Assembly (NCBI GenBank): GCA_963725205.1
Contig: CAVRXR010000002.1
Coordinates: 700,615-764,614 of the forward strand
Direction: 5' to 3'
Source of the DNA: an uncultured Gemmatimonadales bacterium
Lineage (GTDB): Bacteria; Gemmatimonadota; Gemmatimonadetes; Gemmatimonadales; Gemmatimonadaceae
DNA: 64,000 nt
Positions within the stretch are counted from its first letter, which is position 1; each line of letters opens with the position of its first letter. Below are positions 28,302-39,380 of this stretch, piece after piece. The position numbers and the translations under genes were made by a program. A model generated the notes under the pieces. The model saw only the letters and a program-made list of their open reading frames with translations. It had not been told where the DNA came from and did no database searches.

Positions 28302-29648
28302 ATGGCCTCGAGCATGACGTCGGTGGCTCCCTCAGGAGATAGCGCTCAAGGCGAATCGGAACTCGCCCGCGGGACCATGGGTCGCGTGAGCCTGCGGCTC
28401 CTCCCGTTCTTGTTCACCCTCTACATCGTCAACTACCTCGATCGCTCCAATGTCGCGCTGGCGGCGTTAACGATGAACCGCGAGCTCAATTTCAGCGCGA
28501 CCGTGTACGGCCTCGGGGTCAGTTGCTTTTTCGTCGGCTACTGCGCCTTCGACATCCCCAGCAATCTGATCCTCGCGCGCGTAGGTGCGCGACGGTGGAT
28601 CAGCCGCATCATGATCAGCTGGGGCGTGATCGCAACCGCGATGATGTTCGTCCGCACGCCAACCCAATTCTACGTACTGCGCTTTGTGTTGGGCGCCGCG
28701 GAGGCAGGCTTCCTGCCGGGGATCATGTACTATCTCGGTGGTTGGTTCCCTGCAGCGTACCGGGCGCGGGCCGTCGCGCGGTTTATGATGGCGGTTCCGC
28801 TGTCCTCGGCTGTGGGTGGCGCAATGGGCGGCTGGCTCTTGGGGCTCAACGGGACTCTGCGTCTCCAGGGCTGGCAGTGGCTCTTCCTGGTCGAGGGCAT
28901 TCCCGCGGTGATACTCGGCATTGTCGTACTCGGGTACCTGCCTGACCGGATCGATGATGCACGATGGCTTTCAAGCGACCAGCGGATGTGGCTCACGCAG
29001 CGGATTCTGGGCGAGCACAAGGGAGAGCGCGGCACCTGGCGGGCTGATCTCGTGCGCGCAACGAGCAATCCCATCATCTACCTCGTTGCACTGGTCTGGT
29101 TCTGCACGTTGTTCAGTCAATACGTCTATCTCTATTGGGCGCCGATCGTCATCCGGGACGCATTGCATTCGACAAACCTCGTCACCGGCTTCATCGTCAG
29201 CGCGATCGGCGTGCTCGCCGCTCTTGCTATGGTCGCTGGCGCCGCAAGCTCCGACCGGGCCAACGAGCGTTTCCTCCGTCCTGCGGTGAGCGCGGTGCTT
29301 ATCGCGACGGGCTATGTCGGCGCCGCTCTGTTGCCACACCCGTGGGGGCCGGTCGTGGGCCTCGCCGTCGCATCGATCGCGCAGTGCTCCCTCTTCGGCC
29401 CGTTCTGGTGCCTTCCTCCGATGGTCTTGAGTGGGAGCGCCGCGGCTGTTGGTATCGCCATGGTGAGTATCAGCGGCAATATCGGCGGCATTCTGGGGCC
29501 GTCGATCGCTGGGCGCCTCAAGGATGCCACCGGCGGCATGACGGTCACTTTCCTCGGCGTCGCCGCGCTCGCGCTGTGTGCGGCCGGTACCTTGCTTCTC
29601 CTGCGTCGGCTCGGACTCTCGTCGGGTCGACAGGCTCCCGTCCCGTAG
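28302..29648 (+). CDS. MFS transporter (anion:cation symporter-like)
   Basis: LYIVNYLDRSNVALAAL...GYCAFDIPSNLILARVGARRWI, about 12 TM segments. Confidence 0.9.
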   Translation: MASSMTSVAPSGDSAQGESELARGTMGRVSLRLLPFLFTLYIVNYLDRSNVALAALTMNRELNFSATVYGLGVSCFFVGYCAFDIPSNLILARVGARRWISRIMISWGVIATAMMFVRTPTQFYVLRFVLGAAEAGFLPGIMYYLGGWFPAAYRARAVARFMMAVPLSSAVGGAMGGWLLGLNGTLRLQGWQWLFLVEGIPAVILGIVVLGYLPDRIDDARWLSSDQRMWLTQRILGEHKGERGTWRADLVRATSNPIIYLVALVWFCTLFSQYVYLYWAPIVIRDALHSTNLVTGFIVSAIGVLAALAMVAGAASSDRANERFLRPAVSAVLIATGYVGAALLPHPWGPVVGLAVASIAQCSLFGPFWCLPPMVLSGSAAAVGIAMVSISGNIGGILGPSIAGRLKDATGGMTVTFLGVAALALCAAGTLLLLRRLGLSSGRQAPVP

Positions 29649-29679
29649 CCATCGCCGCGTCGATCCGGCCGGCTCCGGC

Positions 29680-30492
29680 CTAGCGCCTTCTGATCGACAC
29701 GCTTCCACTTTCGGACGAGATCCGGATCGTCGGCCCACCGCCGCCAATGTCGGTCGTGATGTGGTGCCGGTCCAGGCGCCCCTCGACCGTGACCGGAAAA
29801 TCCACCGCCATCGACCCGCTCTCGGAGCGCGCATTGATGTGCGCCGCGAAGTCCGCCGGCACGTGGACGTCGACCGATCCGTTCTCGGATTCCACGTCGA
29901 GCCCTTCACCGTCGAGCCGCGTGCCCTCCAGAGTGATGTCGACCGACCCGTTCTCGCTCTTGAGGCGTATGGCGCCCCCGACGCGGTTCAGCGTGACATC
30001 GCCGTTCTCGGATCCAAGGTCCATATGCCCGCTCACGTCGGTCACATCCACATCCCCATTTTCGGCGGCGAGCGAGATGTCGTAATGCCGCGGCACCAGG
30101 ATCTGGTAGCTGACCGACCAGTCGCGCCAGTGCTTCGTCCTTGGCCCGCGCGCGCGAACAGTCCCGCCGTCCGCCTCGACCTCGACCCGGCCCGCGATCT
30201 CCTTCGCTTCCTCCTCGCTGGGCGCCTCTGCATCGATCAACGTGTGAATCTCGATCGCGCTGACGTCGCCACCTTGGATCGCGACGTTGCCGTTCTCGAG
30301 GCCCTCAACTCCCAGCCGACCACCCGTGGTGCTCATATGCTCGACCCGCACCTCACAGTACCGCGCGCGGTCCTGATCTCGGTCGCGCTCGCACCCGCGC
30401 CGCCAGCGGTCGTCATCCGATTGCCCCTGCGCGGTCGCGCGCGCAGGCGCGGCGAGGGCCGCGATCAGCAAAACCAGTCCCAGCACATGCAT
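29680..30492 (-). CDS. DUF4097-like beta-strand repeat protein, secreted
   Basis: Signal peptide MHVLGLVLLIAALAAPARA. Repeated ENGDV.V / ENGSVD. motifs. Confidence 0.8.
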   Translation of the reverse strand: MHVLGLVLLIAALAAPARATAQGQSDDDRWRRGCERDRDQDRARYCEVRVEHMSTTGGRLGVEGLENGNVAIQGGDVSAIEIHTLIDAEAPSEEEAKEIAGRVEVEADGGTVRARGPRTKHWRDWSVSYQILVPRHYDISLAAENGDVDVTDVSGHMDLGSENGDVTLNRVGGAIRLKSENGSVDITLEGTRLDGEGLDVESENGSVDVHVPADFAAHINARSESGSMAVDFPVTVEGRLDRHHITTDIGGGGPTIRISSESGSVSIRRR

Positions 30493-30629
30493 GGACGCCA
30501 CGCTGCCAACCTCCGTGTCATAGCGCATCCCTAATGAGATGCCCATTGTGTGAAAAAGGTTGGGAACTGCCCAAGTTGCTGAACAAGCTCTCGTGCGCGT
30601 CTGGGGCACGATGCACTCCGCCCCGCGCT

Positions 30630-32898
30630 TCACTCGTGATAGACCGAGACGGGTTTACCGTCGATTCTTAGAATGGCCTCCTGCGCGGCGGCGCCGATCC
30701 GGCGTAGCACGATCGCTTGCCGCAAGACCGGGAGGGCGTCTCGAGCGCCGGGGCCAATGTCCCCGAGCGCGTAGGCCGCGCTCATTCGGACAAACCCTTG
30801 CTCATGCTGATCGATCAGGCGCTGTGCCAAGGGGTCTGTTGCGACGCTGGCCTCGGGGCCGATCGCTCCGAGCGCGTCGGCGGCCGTGGCGCGGACATAA
30901 TCGACTGGATCGCTCAGGAGGCGTGCAAGCATTGGAACGGCCGACGCTGCCTTCAGGCCGGCGGCCTTCAATCCCAGAGCGGCAAATTCGCGCACAGAAG
31001 GAGTGGAGTCTGAAAGCGCGGTCGTGAGCGCACGTACCGCCTCGTGGCTTGCATTGCCTACCTGCCCCAGGGCGCTTGCAGCGGCAGCGCGAATTTGCGG
31101 CGATGGGCCGGCCAGCAGAGAGACGAGTGGCGCAATAGCCGCGGCGCCGTCACTGCCAAAACTACCGATGGCGCGTATCGGTGGAATCTTTGCCAGTCCA
31201 GACGCGCTCTGGAGTTGCTGCACGAACGATTGCAAAGGGCGGCCCCGATAGACGACGCCGGAGCTCCCTGTCTCTTGCGCAAGAGGCGTCATTGAGACTA
31301 CCGCTTCTGTATCGTCGGGCACCCGCTGGATCACAATGTCATTGATGCCGAGGTGATAGCCAGCCGAGTGCGGATCCTTGCCAACGCATGTAAAAGTGAG
31401 GACATGCCGGCCTTTTGAAAGGTCGAGCATGCCCATGGGACGGTCGCTGGCCACATAGACTTCGGGCAAATAGTTGCGATAAACGTCGGGGCCGGGTCGG
31501 GGAATCTCGGAAGTCGTCGGCTTTCGTGTATCGATGTTTGCGGGTTGTTGGTCAATGAATCCGATGTAGTCTCCATAGTCGGGCGCTTGCGCGATTTCGG
31601 CGACAATTGCATACCTCCCGTTTTCCGGGATATCGATCGGGACGTTGATCTTCGCGCCTTCGCCGTTCGCAGCGAAGAAGAGGAGGTCCTTTGACCAATC
31701 CACATCACGCTGCACAGACACTGTTCCACCCTCGGCCGTGATGTCCTGGAGCGAGTCTTCGATCGCGATCTGTGTGGCGTTTCCAAACGGGAGCCTTTCA
31801 TCCCCATACGGCGGTTCGGGAAGGCCCTCATTGACTCCTGTTTGGTACCAGAAGGCCACGCTGGAGAAGTAATCCGGCCGTTCCTCAAAGCCGGAACGGA
31901 CCGAACCGTCGGGGTTCGCGGTCCATCCCGAGTGTTCAATCTCCGCGCGAATCGATTGCGTGAAGGCGATCGGATCGGGAACGTGCCACCGGTAAGCGGA
32001 CAGCCGAGAGCCCGCCAACTCCCCTTCTGCAATCGGAGTTCCCGTCCATGTGAAGGTCTCGTTGCGAAGGTCCCATGCCTGGTTGAAATAGTCCTCGGTT
32101 CCGGTTCCGTAGATTTGAGGCAGCTGTGGCCCCGTCGATGTAAAAGAGATCGTCCCCTTCGCCAAACCATGAGGGCTGCGTCTGCACAACACTTAAGACC
32201 GTTCCGACGTAGTGGCCCGTGCCTCTGATGTTCAGGAATTCATAGTGATGGCCTGCGCGCGCGGGCCGTTCTTGCCTGAAGTATGCATGGAAGTACGCGA
32301 TATCGGCCGGCAGGGAACGATACTTTCTATAGTCGACGTGGTAATAAAACATGGGCACGAAGCGGTGGCCTTCGTTGGTAACGGTGATGCGGCAGGACTT
32401 ATGGAAGGGCATCGGCCAATAACTGTTGCGCGCCCGTCCAAAGGAACTGTTCTCGATCATGGCCGAGCTCACGTTGCGCTCTGCCCCGTGGCCGACGGCA
32501 AAGAAGTCACCGAGCGGAGTATCCACGCTCGGCGTCTTATGCCCATCATAGTAGACCCGCAAACGCAGTAGGCGCGGCCAGCCGAATTCATTCTGCGCTA
32601 CCGTGAGCCATAGATGCGTAATCATCCCCGGACCTGCGATGTCGGCCATCACGAGTGTTTCGCCCGGCATGATGCGCTTGCTGTCGTCGTTGCTTTTCAC
32701 ATCGCGGTTCCCGCTCGACACACGATATGTCGAGTAGTTCTTGAGCTTGGCCAAACCGAGGCCATCGGAAGGATCATTCGGCGGAGCCTGCGGCCAGGCC
32801 GCGACTGGCAGGGCCAGGAGCAGAGCGATCAGCGATGACACAGGCCACTTTCCTGCTCCACACGCTTTTTGGCGAGAACCACGAAAATCGACTCTCAT
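30630..32898 (-). CDS. DUF2961 (GH172) glycoside hydrolase fused to C-terminal HEAT repeats; frameshift near 32128-32134
   Basis: GTGHYVG, WFGEGDDLFYIDG (ORF 31936..32898), then YGTGTEDYFN and YRWHVPDPIAF (ORF 30630..32192). The C-terminal part has repeated helical LSDP..VR..AA.ALG units. Confidence 0.8.
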
Positions 32899-33208
32899 GA
32901 TTAGCTCCTACCTCTCTGCCGATTGAGCCTCAGGAACTCCGGACCAATGGCGGGTTTGACGATCGGCCATCGCTGACCAAAGATGGGGGAACGAGCTTCG
33001 AGAGGAGTCGAAATCGACAGCGCCCAAGTGGCTGGGATTCCGGGCCTTCTCCCCGGTTTCTACAGTACCGGCCGTAACGCGGTCTCAGCCGTTATGTCAA
33101 CCCCGAGGTCGACTGGCCACGTGCGCTGTCCCGCGCGCCGCGCCGAGCGGCGCGGTTGCGCGCCTCGTTTGGGTCGCCCAACGTTACGGTACAACGAGTG
33201 GGGTCCTC

Positions 33209-34517
33209 GTGCGGTCTGATTTCGAGCTGCTGGATCAAGGCCCAAGAACCGCTTTGCGCGCCACGCTTGCGTACCCACGGTCGCCGGCCCGCGCATGCTC
33301 CATTCCGTCTCAACTCGCGCCGGCGCTGGCGTTGGTCCTGTGTGCATCGATGGCACACAGTCAGTCCGCGATCGACGGCGGACGGACGGTGCCTGCAGCC
33401 GGCGCCACGATGCTCGCCGGCGATTCGGCCGGTTCGTTCGCCGGTCGCGTTGTTCAAGAGGATGGGACGCCGGTAGCGGGGGCGGTCGTGTCCGTGTTTG
33501 GGGCATCGGACAGCGCCCTAACGGCAACCGACGGACACTTCGAAGTGCATCGACTCGCGTTCGGGGCGCACATGGTAAGCGCCCGCCGGCGTGGTGATAT
33601 GGACGCGTGTTCGGCTCGGATTCGTTGGCGCGCAAGAGACACCCAATGCCAGAGCGGCGAACAACTTGGGAAAGGAGCCGACTCGCGCGGTCACGACGTT
33701 CGCGCTCGACTCGAGTTGTTCGCCTCCACCTCCGCGCGACACGACGGATTTGCTCGTTTATGCGACCGTGGTCGGCACACGTCCCGACCCAATGTCTGAC
33801 AAGGCGTGGGCTGAGTACAAGTACGGTGTGCTGGCGGCGCTCGACCGGTGGGCAGAACTGCCGAGTGAGCTCTTCCTCCCCACCTTCTCGCTGCCGGTCG
33901 CACCGCAGGCCAAGCGTAGGACATCGGCCGATGGCGGAGGGTCCGATATAGCGGTGACCCCTTCGCTCTCGACCGTGCTTGCGTTTTCGCTTGATTCGGA
34001 CGGCACGCTCGCGGGCGCCCGGGTTGCAGCTTCATCTCTTTCTGATGGTGCTGATACGAGCGTACTCGCGATGGTTGAACAGGCAGCGGCGGCGCGAGCG
34101 TTTCCACATTTGCCGACGGGTGTGAGTGCCACTGAACTCTATCTGGTGGTCCAGTCTGCCGAACCGACGGTGGACACGCTGGCTGCAGTGCTCGGAGCGC
34201 TGGAGGCGCCGGAATGGCGACTCTCGCGGCCGGCCCGATTGTTAGGCGGATCGCTACCAGACGGTTTAGTTGCCGACTCGACCGCCGCGGACCGCGTCCC
34301 AGTCATGATGGCTGTCGATGCCACTGGGCATGTCGTAGGCGGAACGGCGCGATTGGGAACCAGTGCGTCCATGCCCGTACGCGCTTCTCCGAAATCGCAG
34401 GCCAGGGTGCTCAAAGAGTTGCCCGAACTGCGATTTGATCCTGCGCTCATCGGGACGTGCCGCGTGAACGAGTTCATAGTGCAGTCCTTCACGCCGCCGA
34501 AACCCGAACGGCGCTAG
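33209..34517 (+). CDS. Secreted protein with a carboxypeptidase-regulatory-like domain and a TonB-C-like end; probable frameshift near 33590-33600
   Basis: GRVVQEDGTPVAGAVVSVFG...TDGHFEV is in ORF 33209..33799. The continuation and the C-terminal LPELRFDPALIGTCRVNEFIVQSF are in ORF 33591..34517. Confidence 0.55.
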
Positions 34518-34599
34518 CTCCAGCGCGGGCGTCCCCAAACTTTCGGTGAGAGACCGGGCCACGTAGCTTGTTCGCTCTACCCGTTACTCGAGGTGACTT

Positions 34600-34923
34600 G
34601 TGCCTACGTACTTGTGGCAAGGTTCGTACAGCCCTGACGGAGCTAAAGGCCTGTCCAAGGATGGCGGCTCGAAGCGTCGGGCGAGCATCAAGCAAACGGT
34701 GGAGGCCGCGGGCGGCAAGTTGCACGCCTTCTACTTCGCCATTGGGCAGGATGACGTCATCGGAATCGCAGAGTTCCCAGACCAGGCGACGGCAACAGCG
34801 GTGAGTGTCGCCGTGCGAGCCACCGGGATGGTTTCCATTCGAACAACGGTGCTGCTCACACCCGAGGAGATGGACGCCGCGACCAAGAAGGCCATCGGCT
34901 ATAAGCCCCCAGGAAGCGCCTGA
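34600..34923 (+). CDS. GYD domain protein
   Basis: 107 aa, MPTYLWQGSYSPDGAKGLSKDGGSKRRASI...IGYKPP. Confidence 0.9.
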   Translation: MPTYLWQGSYSPDGAKGLSKDGGSKRRASIKQTVEAAGGKLHAFYFAIGQDDVIGIAEFPDQATATAVSVAVRATGMVSIRTTVLLTPEEMDAATKKAIGYKPPGSA

Positions 34924-35035
34924 TATCGGGTCGCAGATTGTGTGTTTTTGCCTTTCTGGCCTTCGCGCTAGTTAGTGAATCCTCTGTGTGAGCCGCGGCC
35001 GCGCTCGCAACACACTTGGCCGAAATGAGGTCAAT

Positions 35036-35428
35036 ATGAAAAGAGAACGCCTTACACAGATCGTCCTAGTGGTCGTGGGGCTGGTAAATCTGTCGATAAT
35101 TTATTTCTTGTATAAGGACCTGCGGCATTCCAGCTGGCTCTTGGATGGGAAGAACGAAGTCGACCCGATGTTTCTGAGCTTCTTTATTCCGGTCGGGGTC
35201 TTTCTACTCATAGCCGCAAGGAGACCATCTGAGTATCGCTCGATGATTGTTCTCGCAGCTTGGTGGAACATCTCCCATGGCACGGTGATGGCTATTCAAA
35301 CCGTGCAAGCCTGGAATCACGGCGTCCACAGAAACTTTGCTGATGTGATCGTATTCCTGGTGATCGGAGTCGTCCTGTTAGTGCTTCTGCCAGCAAGACG
35401 AGCGATACTCGCGCCGGGAGTCGCGTGA
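35036..35428 (+). CDS. Four-helix membrane protein of unknown function
   Basis: ATG at 35036, hydrophobic helices, and locally lower G+C by eye. Confidence 0.75.
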   Translation: MKRERLTQIVLVVVGLVNLSIIYFLYKDLRHSSWLLDGKNEVDPMFLSFFIPVGVFLLIAARRPSEYRSMIVLAAWWNISHGTVMAIQTVQAWNHGVHRNFADVIVFLVIGVVLLVLLPARRAILAPGVA

Positions 35429-35960
35429 ACGAGCGCGGATATCCCACATTCTCTCCCAATCCCGACGGCATCGGTGGCTCGAACCATGCCCAACCATCGG
35501 CGCCCTTCACCGACGCCGGACCCTGCCCGGATGATGCAACACTGACGATACAGCAAGCCGCCGCCAGCAGCATCGCCGGCCAGACCCTAAAGGCCGACGC
35601 GAATGGAGTTGGACTCCGCATGGCTGTTGATCCGCTAATGATGGTGGCGCCTTCGCGGGGACATCAGGAGACACTGGTTGATGCGACCTGTGTGGCCTAC
35701 CGCCAAGCGGACTGACGAGCCAAGAAATCGCACTCGGGACGCCTATCAAACCGACGAAATACTGACCCGATAGGCTGGGCACGGTCCATAGCAGAACGAA
35801 CGCCGTAGCACCACACTGTCAGGAATGCCGGGATCGCACGCCCAGACGTCGCGAACGGAGTACGCCGGGACCGACAAGTGGTCCCGGCGTACTGCCGTTA
35901 ATGAACGACCTAGACTCAGGGTATCGTCACACTACCGAGCCGCCCTCGAGCGTCAGCGCC

Positions 35961-36413
35961 TCACGATTGATGTTCCGGTTGGCGATGTCCCAGCGGGGCC
36001 TCGCTGTGCAGCCTCGCTATCTGCGCTTCCAGGTCCGGCGTCATCGCCTCTCCCAGATCCTCGGCTTCGGCGACCTGCCGGACCTCGATCTCCCTATCCT
36101 CCTCCCACACGTTCGGAATGCGCTTGACCCATTCGATCGCCTCCTCCATCGACTTGGCCTCAATAATCCAGAATCCGGCGACGAGCTCCTTCGTCTCGGT
36201 GAACGGCCCGTCGGTGACCGTCCGCTTCTTCCCCGAGAACCGAACACGCGCACCCTTCGAGCTCGGGTGCAGCCCCTCGGCCTGCAACAGCACTCGGGCT
36301 TTCACCTGCTCTTCGTGGAAGCTCACCATTTTCGTGATCTGGTCGTTCGTCGGCGGCAGCACTGGGCCGTTCGCGATGTGCTGTCCCTCCCACTGGATTG
36401 CCATGAACCGCAT
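35961..36413 (-). CDS. YciI-family (DGPF domain) protein
   Basis: TDGPFTETKELVAGFWIIEAKSMEEAIEWVKR. Confidence 0.9.
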   Translation of the reverse strand: MRFMAIQWEGQHIANGPVLPPTNDQITKMVSFHEEQVKARVLLQAEGLHPSSKGARVRFSGKKRTVTDGPFTETKELVAGFWIIEAKSMEEAIEWVKRIPNVWEEDREIEVRQVAEAEDLGEAMTPDLEAQIARLHSEAPLGHRQPEHQS

Positions 36414-36774
36414 AGTCCGAATCCTCAGCAAGGGTCAGAGATCAGGGATCGGAAGTGCTCCCGTATAGTGGCGTCGAACGACGGTCGAGGAAATCGACAG
36501 ACGGCTGTCACTCGCCCGCCTTCCTCCAAAAACAGATGATTCGCTTGCCCCCCACCTGAAGGCGCTCACGGGTTTCGCTCATGGGACGAAACGTAGCGCT
36601 CCCCGGCATTCGCATAACTCGCAGCCGGGTTCCGGTTCGTCACCTTCACACCTGAGCCTGCCCCCGGACAGGCTGGCGTCACCGGGCACGCGACGATGTC
36701 GAGAATCCGGAGCCCGGTTCGACGTCATCGCATAGGCGACACTGGCCACTCCCCTTTGCGCGAGGATTCCGACA

Positions 36775-37686
36775 ATGTTGTCCATGGCGAGATTGATTGC
36801 CACATCCGCCGCCAGTCTGGCACTGGCGTCGGCGGGCCCGGCCACCTTTCACGCACCCGCAGCGTCGAGTCCTGAATCGGGGTACGCACCAGTGAATGGC
36901 CTCAAGCTCTATTACGAGATTCGCGGGACGGGGGCGCCGGTGGTCGTGCTGCACGGCGGCCTTAGCAACACGGAACTGATCGAGGGCATGGTCGCGAACC
37001 TTGCGCGCACACAGCGCGTGATTGCGGTGGATCTTCAGGGGCACGGTCGCACCGCGGACATCGATCGTCCGTTCAGCTGCGAGGCGATGGCGGACGATAT
37101 CGCGGCGCTACTCCGGTATCTCAAAGTTCCCAAGGCGGACATCGTGGGATACTCCCTGGGAGGATCGGTCGCGCTCCGCACAGCGATTCAACACCCCGAG
37201 ATGGTCAACAAGCTCGTCGTGGTCTCGGCGGTGGTTCAGCCGTCGGGCTGGTACCCGGAGGGGCGCGCGGCGATGGAGCACGTGGGCGCCGGAATGGCCG
37301 AGGCGATGAAGCCGAGCCTCGCGTACCAGTCGTATGCCCGCATCGCGCCGCGTCCTGGAGATTGGCCCGTGTTGCTCGACAAGACCGGGGCGCTCCTGAG
37401 GCAGGATTTCGATTGGACGCGCGAGGTGAAATCGATCGCGGCGCCGACCTTGCTGGTTTTTGGCGACGCCGATGCGATACGGCCGGAGCACATGGTGGAG
37501 TTCTTCCATCTGCTGGGCGGCGGCACTAAAGATGGCGGCGTGGACGGGTCCGGGATGTCAAAGGCTCGGCTGGCGATTCTGCCGGGCACCACGCACTACA
37601 CCATATTTGATTCGCCGCTCCTCCCTCCGTTGATCGTGCGGTTTCTCACGGAGGACGAGTCTCGCACTGCGTCTAAGGTGGAGTAG
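36775..37686 (+). CDS. Alpha/beta hydrolase, secreted paralog
   Basis: Signal peptide. VNGLKLYYEIRGTGAPVVVLHGG...IVGYSLGG. Confidence 0.9.
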   Translation: MLSMARLIATSAASLALASAGPATFHAPAASSPESGYAPVNGLKLYYEIRGTGAPVVVLHGGLSNTELIEGMVANLARTQRVIAVDLQGHGRTADIDRPFSCEAMADDIAALLRYLKVPKADIVGYSLGGSVALRTAIQHPEMVNKLVVVSAVVQPSGWYPEGRAAMEHVGAGMAEAMKPSLAYQSYARIAPRPGDWPVLLDKTGALLRQDFDWTREVKSIAAPTLLVFGDADAIRPEHMVEFFHLLGGGTKDGGVDGSGMSKARLAILPGTTHYTIFDSPLLPPLIVRFLTEDESRTASKVE

Positions 37687-37892
37687 CGTCCCGGAATGAG
37701 GGGGCGGCCAGGATGGCTGCCCCCTCGGAATTTCTTGTGCGGACGACCGAAGGTGCCGCGGTGAGCGGCGCGGCGAGAAATCACAAACGCCACGACGATC
37801 AATGTTGCAATGAGTCGTTGCCTGGTTGACGTCGATTACCGGCTGTCTTCGCAGAGCTGAAGCGGTGACGTAATCTCATCCTGTGTCACTCG

Positions 37893-38777
37893 GTGGTCGT
37901 CAGACGTCTCCCGTATATGCATCCTCATCGGCGCGTCTTTGAGGCTTGTCGTTTAGGTGCGTTAGGGTGCCTGACGACCACGCTGCTGCTACCTAAACGC
38001 GACCTGGCCCAGGACTCCCGTCGCTTTCCTCCGGACCCGCTATGCGCGCCCAGGCTAGCGCACTCTCCCACACTCGACGTGGGAGCTCTCGCCGCGGGTC
38101 ATGGTGACTTCTTTGTTCAACTACGATCCTGGGGAGACACTGACGGCCTCCGAGGCGGAACAGCGTGGCTCGCGGCGCTCGTCTCCGGACGAGAAGGATG
38201 GACCTTGCAGACGACCGATTCAGGCGGCTTAGGACAGCACCGCGACTCAGGTGGGCTGTATCCATTCACAAAACGTCCAGCTGGTCTGTATCTGTTGACT
38301 GCGCGGCGCATCGGCTACTTAGCGTCCCAGGATACGGTGGTGATCCGGCCGGGGGGCAGTGACACATTGGTGATCGCTATGGAGAGGGACGTACCCGGTT
38401 CCGCCAACGCTCACAATTGCAGGCCCCATCACTTCAGAGCGCCGTGGGAACCTGCATGCCTTGCGGACACTGTAGAGGAGAGGAATCTCCGCAACCATGC
38501 GCTCCATTTCGCGAAATCTCCGAGTGACCGGAAGCTGTTTAAACTCCCGGCGTTCGAGCCCTCTGACGTGGCGGTGGTTCAGGACACGGCGATCTGTGAG
38601 GCGGCCGCCACCGCGTACGGCGCAGGCACGCGCGATCCGCCTCGTCGCGTTGTAGTCGTACGAGCCGGACCCGTCTACTTTGTCTTCGATCCCCGGGAGC
38701 CCCTTCGTGGAGGCGAGTTCGAGATTACCCTCGTCCTCGACCGGCACTTCCACGTCATCATGGGGCTCGCCGGATGA
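37893..38777 (+). CDS. Hypothetical secreted protein with a carboxypeptidase-regulatory-like segment
   Basis: AGLYLLTARRIGYLASQDTVVIRPGGSDTLVIAMER. The start is uncertain (GTG 37893 or ATG 37917). Confidence 0.55.
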   Translation: MVVRRLPYMHPHRRVFEACRLGALGCLTTTLLLPKRDLAQDSRRFPPDPLCAPRLAHSPTLDVGALAAGHGDFFVQLRSWGDTDGLRGGTAWLAALVSGREGWTLQTTDSGGLGQHRDSGGLYPFTKRPAGLYLLTARRIGYLASQDTVVIRPGGSDTLVIAMERDVPGSANAHNCRPHHFRAPWEPACLADTVEERNLRNHALHFAKSPSDRKLFKLPAFEPSDVAVVQDTAICEAAATAYGAGTRDPPRRVVVVRAGPVYFVFDPREPLRGGEFEITLVLDRHFHVIMGLAG

Positions 38778-38847
38778 GCTCGGGACGTGGAAAGGTTGCA
38801 GCTCGTCGTCGTAGCTATCGCAGCCTGCGGACGGTATCAATCGAGCC

Positions 38848-39380
38848 GTGTCCAATCCATTTCTTCGGGGCTGGCCCCCTCCGCGAGGAAATGCAGCCCG
38901 GATCCAAGTCGGGGTGTTCGGCCTGCTGCTTTTGCTTGGTGGCGTTGGTGTGACGACGTCTTTCATTCGGAGCGTCGGGTTTCAGGGTCATGCCAGGCAG
39001 GTCGCTTGTGGCATTGCGCTCGCTCTGTTCGGCTTGGGCATGTTGCTGACGGCAATGGGTCTTCAGTTGGGAGTTCACAGCTCACGAACCAAACGGGCAC
39101 CGCGACTTCGTCGGCGACTGGCAGTTTACAGCGCCATCCGGCAAGGCTGTGTTCGTGGAGCTCAAATCTCCCGGAGAGCCAGACCCGGTTCCAAGCGCAG
39201 GTGCCTACAGCGCCGCGATTCCAGCAGAGAGGGTGCAAAACCTGCTGAAGGACGCATATCGACAGCTGCCCGACGATGGCCGTGCGACTTTTGTCGTGCT
39301 TGTGGGCGGTCGTGTCCTTTGGACAGCGCGAAACGCACCGTTGATTGGCGCAGTTCCGACGGCTCGCCCGGAAGCGAGGC
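38848..39380 (+). CDS. Hypothetical membrane-anchored protein, probably frameshifted near 39045-39062; end undefined
   Basis: The two-TM N-terminus is in ORF 38848..39453. The protein-like continuation WEFTAHEPNGHRDFVGDWQFTAPSGKAVFVELKSPGEPD is in the frame of ORF 39149..40144. Confidence 0.35.

Noticed and set aside
35292-35715. Overlapping ORFs 35425..35715 (+) and 35292..35621 (-)
   Set aside because: The plus ORF starts at a GTGA overlap with the preceding gene. The minus ORF has a signal-like N-terminus. They exclude each other, neither has a motif, and the minus ORF runs 135 nt into the well-supported membrane-protein gene. The question is unresolved.
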